DNA from: Candidatus Helarchaeota ASGARD archaeon Hel_GB_B
GTDB lineage: Archaea > Asgardarchaeota > Lokiarchaeia > Helarchaeales > HEL-GB-B
Assembly (NCBI GenBank): GCA_005191425.1
Contig: SUPR01000016.1
Span: forward strand, 12,195 to 44,194
DNA length: 32,000 nucleotides
Direction of reading: 5' to 3'
Shown here: piece by piece, positions 29,985 through 32,000 of the stretch
How the letters are laid out: every line of letters begins with the position of its first letter
Numbering within the stretch: the stretch's first letter is position 1
Notes under the pieces: model-generated
Told to the model about the DNA's origin: nothing
Databases searched by the model: none
The model's input: the letters and a program-made list of their open reading frames with translations, nothing else
Translations under genes and position numbers: made by a program

Positions 29985-30974
29985 TTATAATCCGACATTT
30001 CTAAGTTGCTCAGCAACTCTTCTTTGTTCGGATGTCAATCTTTTAGGAATTACAATTTTTGTTTGAATAATTAAATTACCTCTTTGATTTGTATTGATTT
30101 TTGGAAATCCTTTATTAGGAATTCTAAATTTTGCACCGCTTTGGGTACCTGGAGGGATTGTAAGTTTAATATGCCCATCTAAACTAGGAACAGGTATTTT
30201 TGCGCCTAAAAGCGCCTGTGAAGGTTTGATATGAACTTGGGCTATTAAATCATCATTTTCCCTCTTGAATATTTTATGCGGCCTAACTACAATCTCTACA
30301 TATAAATCACCAGGAGGCCCGCCTCTTATTCCAGGCATTCCTTCACCCGGTACTCTTAATTTAGTACCTGTTTTAACGCCAGGTGGTATTCTTATTTTTA
30401 CTGTCCTTGTAGAACCATTTATTCCAGGTTTCTGAAATGTGATCTGTTTTACTGCCCCTCTATATGCATCTTCTATACTAATTTCTAAAACATATTTTAA
30501 ATCATCACCAGCTCTTGGGCGTTTTCTTGCATATTTGCCTGACTTGGGTATTCCTCCACCTACATTGAAAATATCACTAAATAAATCGCCAAAAATATCG
30601 TCAAAACCACCGAACCCTCTGCCTTTTCCTTTGAAAAAATCCTCAAAACTAATTTTTACACCACCTGGTCCTGTACTTGTCCATGTATAATGAAATCCTG
30701 GCCCTGCTCCAGGTTGCCACCCTGGAGGGACACCTTCATACTTTTTAAAATCATGCCCAAATTTATCATATTGCTGTCTGGTTTTTGGGTCTTTTAATAC
30801 CTCATAAGCTTCATTTATTTCCTTAAACTTTTCCTCAGCTTCTGGATTATTCGGATTTACATCAGGATGATATTGTCTAGCCTTTCTGCGGAATGCCTTC
30901 TTAATTTCATCTTGGCTAGCATTTCTGCTAACTCCTAATACTTCATAATAGTCTCTTTTCGATGGTAATTTCAT
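29985..30974 (-). CDS. dnaJ: Class B J-domain protein (CbpA/DnaJ2-like, no zinc finger)
   Basis: [13 protein letters not shown]-rich linker, DnaJ C-terminal domain (GGPPGDLY), no CxxCxGxG repeats. Confidence 0.93.
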   Translation of the reverse strand: MKLPSKRDYYEVLGVSRNASQDEIKKAFRRKARQYHPDVNPNNPEAEEKFKEINEAYEVLKDPKTRQQYDKFGHDFKKYEGVPPGWQPGAGPGFHYTWTSTGPGGVKISFEDFFKGKGRGFGGFDDIFGDLFSDIFNVGGGIPKSGKYARKRPRAGDDLKYVLEISIEDAYRGAVKQITFQKPGINGSTRTVKIRIPPGVKTGTKLRVPGEGMPGIRGGPPGDLYVEIVVRPHKIFKRENDDLIAQVHIKPSQALLGAKIPVPSLDGHIKLTIPPGTQSGAKFRIPNKGFPKINTNQRGNLIIQTKIVIPKRLTSEQRRVAEQLRNVGL

Positions 30975-31031
30975 CACCTAATTTTTAATACATCTATTTC
31001 TAAGGCAAAATATTATTTTTTAAAAATTTAA

Positions 31032-31069
31032 TCACTATTTGTGACTATGAAGATATACTAATATATAAA
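31032..31069 (-). promoter_or_regulatory. Candidate dnaJ-clpB promoter: TTTATATA box (31069-31062) with downstream TCAC-N5-GTGA dyad (31032-31044)
   Basis: TATA-like box preceded by a purine-rich BRE-like stretch on the minus strand. The short dyad has weak statistical support. Confidence 0.3.
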
Positions 31070-31272
31070 TATTTTGAATTGAAAAAATCAAAATTAAAAA
31101 ATTTTATTGAGAATTATACATCAATTGTCCATTTCAAAATTAATGATTGGTCTATTCTTTCTAAATTGAATTCATACTTAATATTATTTTTATGTTATTT
31201 ATCTATATTTTTATCCTAAAATTAAATTGCTCATAATGATCAAATATTTTTATTACTAAAACGCCCTATTTT

Positions 31273-31548
31273 TCATAATTGTAACAAAAGACTTTTTATA
31301 AAATTCTGTATTTCAAAAGTTAAATAATTCTCATTATCACTTTTTTCAATTGTTTTACTACAGCAATTCTCTATTACTTTTAATACAAATCCTATTGATC
31401 TTACTATCATTTTTTTTCCTATTTCCGTTTCTTTTATTATTCTTTTTACCAAATTCAGGAATTACTTCATTGCATAATATAAGTTCAAGACTTTTTTCCT
31501 ATAACCTCGCTCCTCTTTACTCAAAACTTTATCTGCTTTTTTACCATC
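31273..31548 (-). pseudogene. Probable decayed gene fragment of unknown family
   Basis: 92 codons with one TAA (31464-31462): DGKKADKVLSKEERGYRKKVLNLYYAMK*FLNLVKRIIKETEIGKKMIVRSIG...LLLQL*. No clear start. Confidence 0.4.
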
Positions 31549-31726
31549 CTAAATTCATACTTTACGGGGAAAATAAAAAGATTAAATTGAAATTAATTAA
31601 TTCTACAAATTATTCTTTATCTTTATATTCAAAAATTAAAAACTTAGAAGCGATTTACACAATATTGGCTTTAATAATTGAAGAATTAAATGAATAATAA
31701 TAAATGTCGATTTAAGAAATCAGTAA

Positions 31727-31767
31727 AATTAGTATAATTAGTATAATTAGTATAATTAGTATAATTA
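31727..31767. repeat. Perfect 9-bp tandem repeat (AATTAGTAT) x4 plus a partial unit
   Basis: Read directly, with units at 31727, 31736, 31745 and 31754. Imperfect units flank it (AGTAAAATT before, AAATTAGTA after). Confidence 0.9.
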
Positions 31768-32000
31768 TATTAAATTAGTAAGATATTTTGAAAAAAAAAT
31801 CAAAATTTTTATTTTTAAGAATTCAAAATGCCTTTTTTTAAATCATAATTTATGAATAAAGAATAGTAAGAGCAAAAATTCTTATAAAGACCTTAGATGA
31901 AGTTAAAATGGACGATATTTATAAACCCTACTTATGGGGAATATTAGTTTTTTATATGTTATGTTGTGCTATCTCTTGAAATATCTATTATAAATTATTT

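Noticed and set aside
1154-30690. Other short nested or antisense ORFs (1154, 1826, 2035, 9907, 10571, 12166, 13097, 15827, 15840, 17238, 18778, 18994, 19583, 19808, 29003, 30439)
   Set aside because: All but 12166 overlap well-supported genes and none has a recognisable motif; 12166 is antisense to the 12055-12556 remnant.
30978-31270. CIRCE or HAIR heat-shock operators
   Set aside because: Neither TTAGCACTC-N9-GAGTGCTAA nor CTTGAGT-N7-ACTCAAG is present.
31350-31697. 115-aa plus-strand hydrophobic ORF
   Set aside because: TTG start, and its Leu/Phe richness is explained by the A-rich opposite strand, which has a more protein-like frame. Not fully excluded.
31863-31978. Short open plus frame (RIVRAKILIKTLDEVKMDDIYKPYLWGILVFYMLCCAIS*)
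   Set aside because: Under 45 codons with no upstream start or SD; cannot be distinguished from chance at the window edge.
1-32000. Selenoprotein (in-frame TGA), CRISPR array, tRNA/rRNA, intein
   Set aside because: No Cys-to-TGA substitution seen in redox motifs, no spaced 25-40-bp repeats, no GC-rich structured RNA, and protein lengths are normal. By-eye scan only.

Overview
Very AT-rich prokaryotic window. About 78% is coding by my hand tally. GGTGA/AGGAG Shine-Dalgarno-like motifs, TATA-box-like promoters and the gene content point to an archaeon, plausibly Asgard (Loki-/Helarchaeota-like); this taxonomy is inference only. There are about 27 protein genes and I saw no rRNA, tRNA or CRISPR array. 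Content: transport, lipid and acyl-CoA metabolism (ArsB/NhaD permease, two alpha/beta hydrolases, a 2-hydroxyacyl-CoA dehydratase subunit pair, a tandem YvoF-like acyltransferase, SCP2, an AMACR-like CaiB/BaiF enzyme); an M29 aminopeptidase; GNAT; VapBC; surface and membrane proteins; TtuA; a GT-C glycosyltransferase; an FTR catalytic subunit; a CDF-NifB/X fusion; two radical SAM enzymes; a UxaE-like epimerase; and a bacterial-type dnaJ-clpB pair. Signals not shown by the ORF track: (1) a diverged ~400-bp non-coding direct repeat (about 81% identical in two ungapped blocks) bracketing a PD-(D/E)XK nuclease-like coiled-coil ORF, each copy ending at a promoter-like position; (2) a single in-frame TAA that splits the acyltransferase gene; (3) a CDF with a non-canonical N/D-E/D metal site; (4) a perfect 9-bp tandem repeat; (5) several decayed gene remnants in the long intergenic regions.
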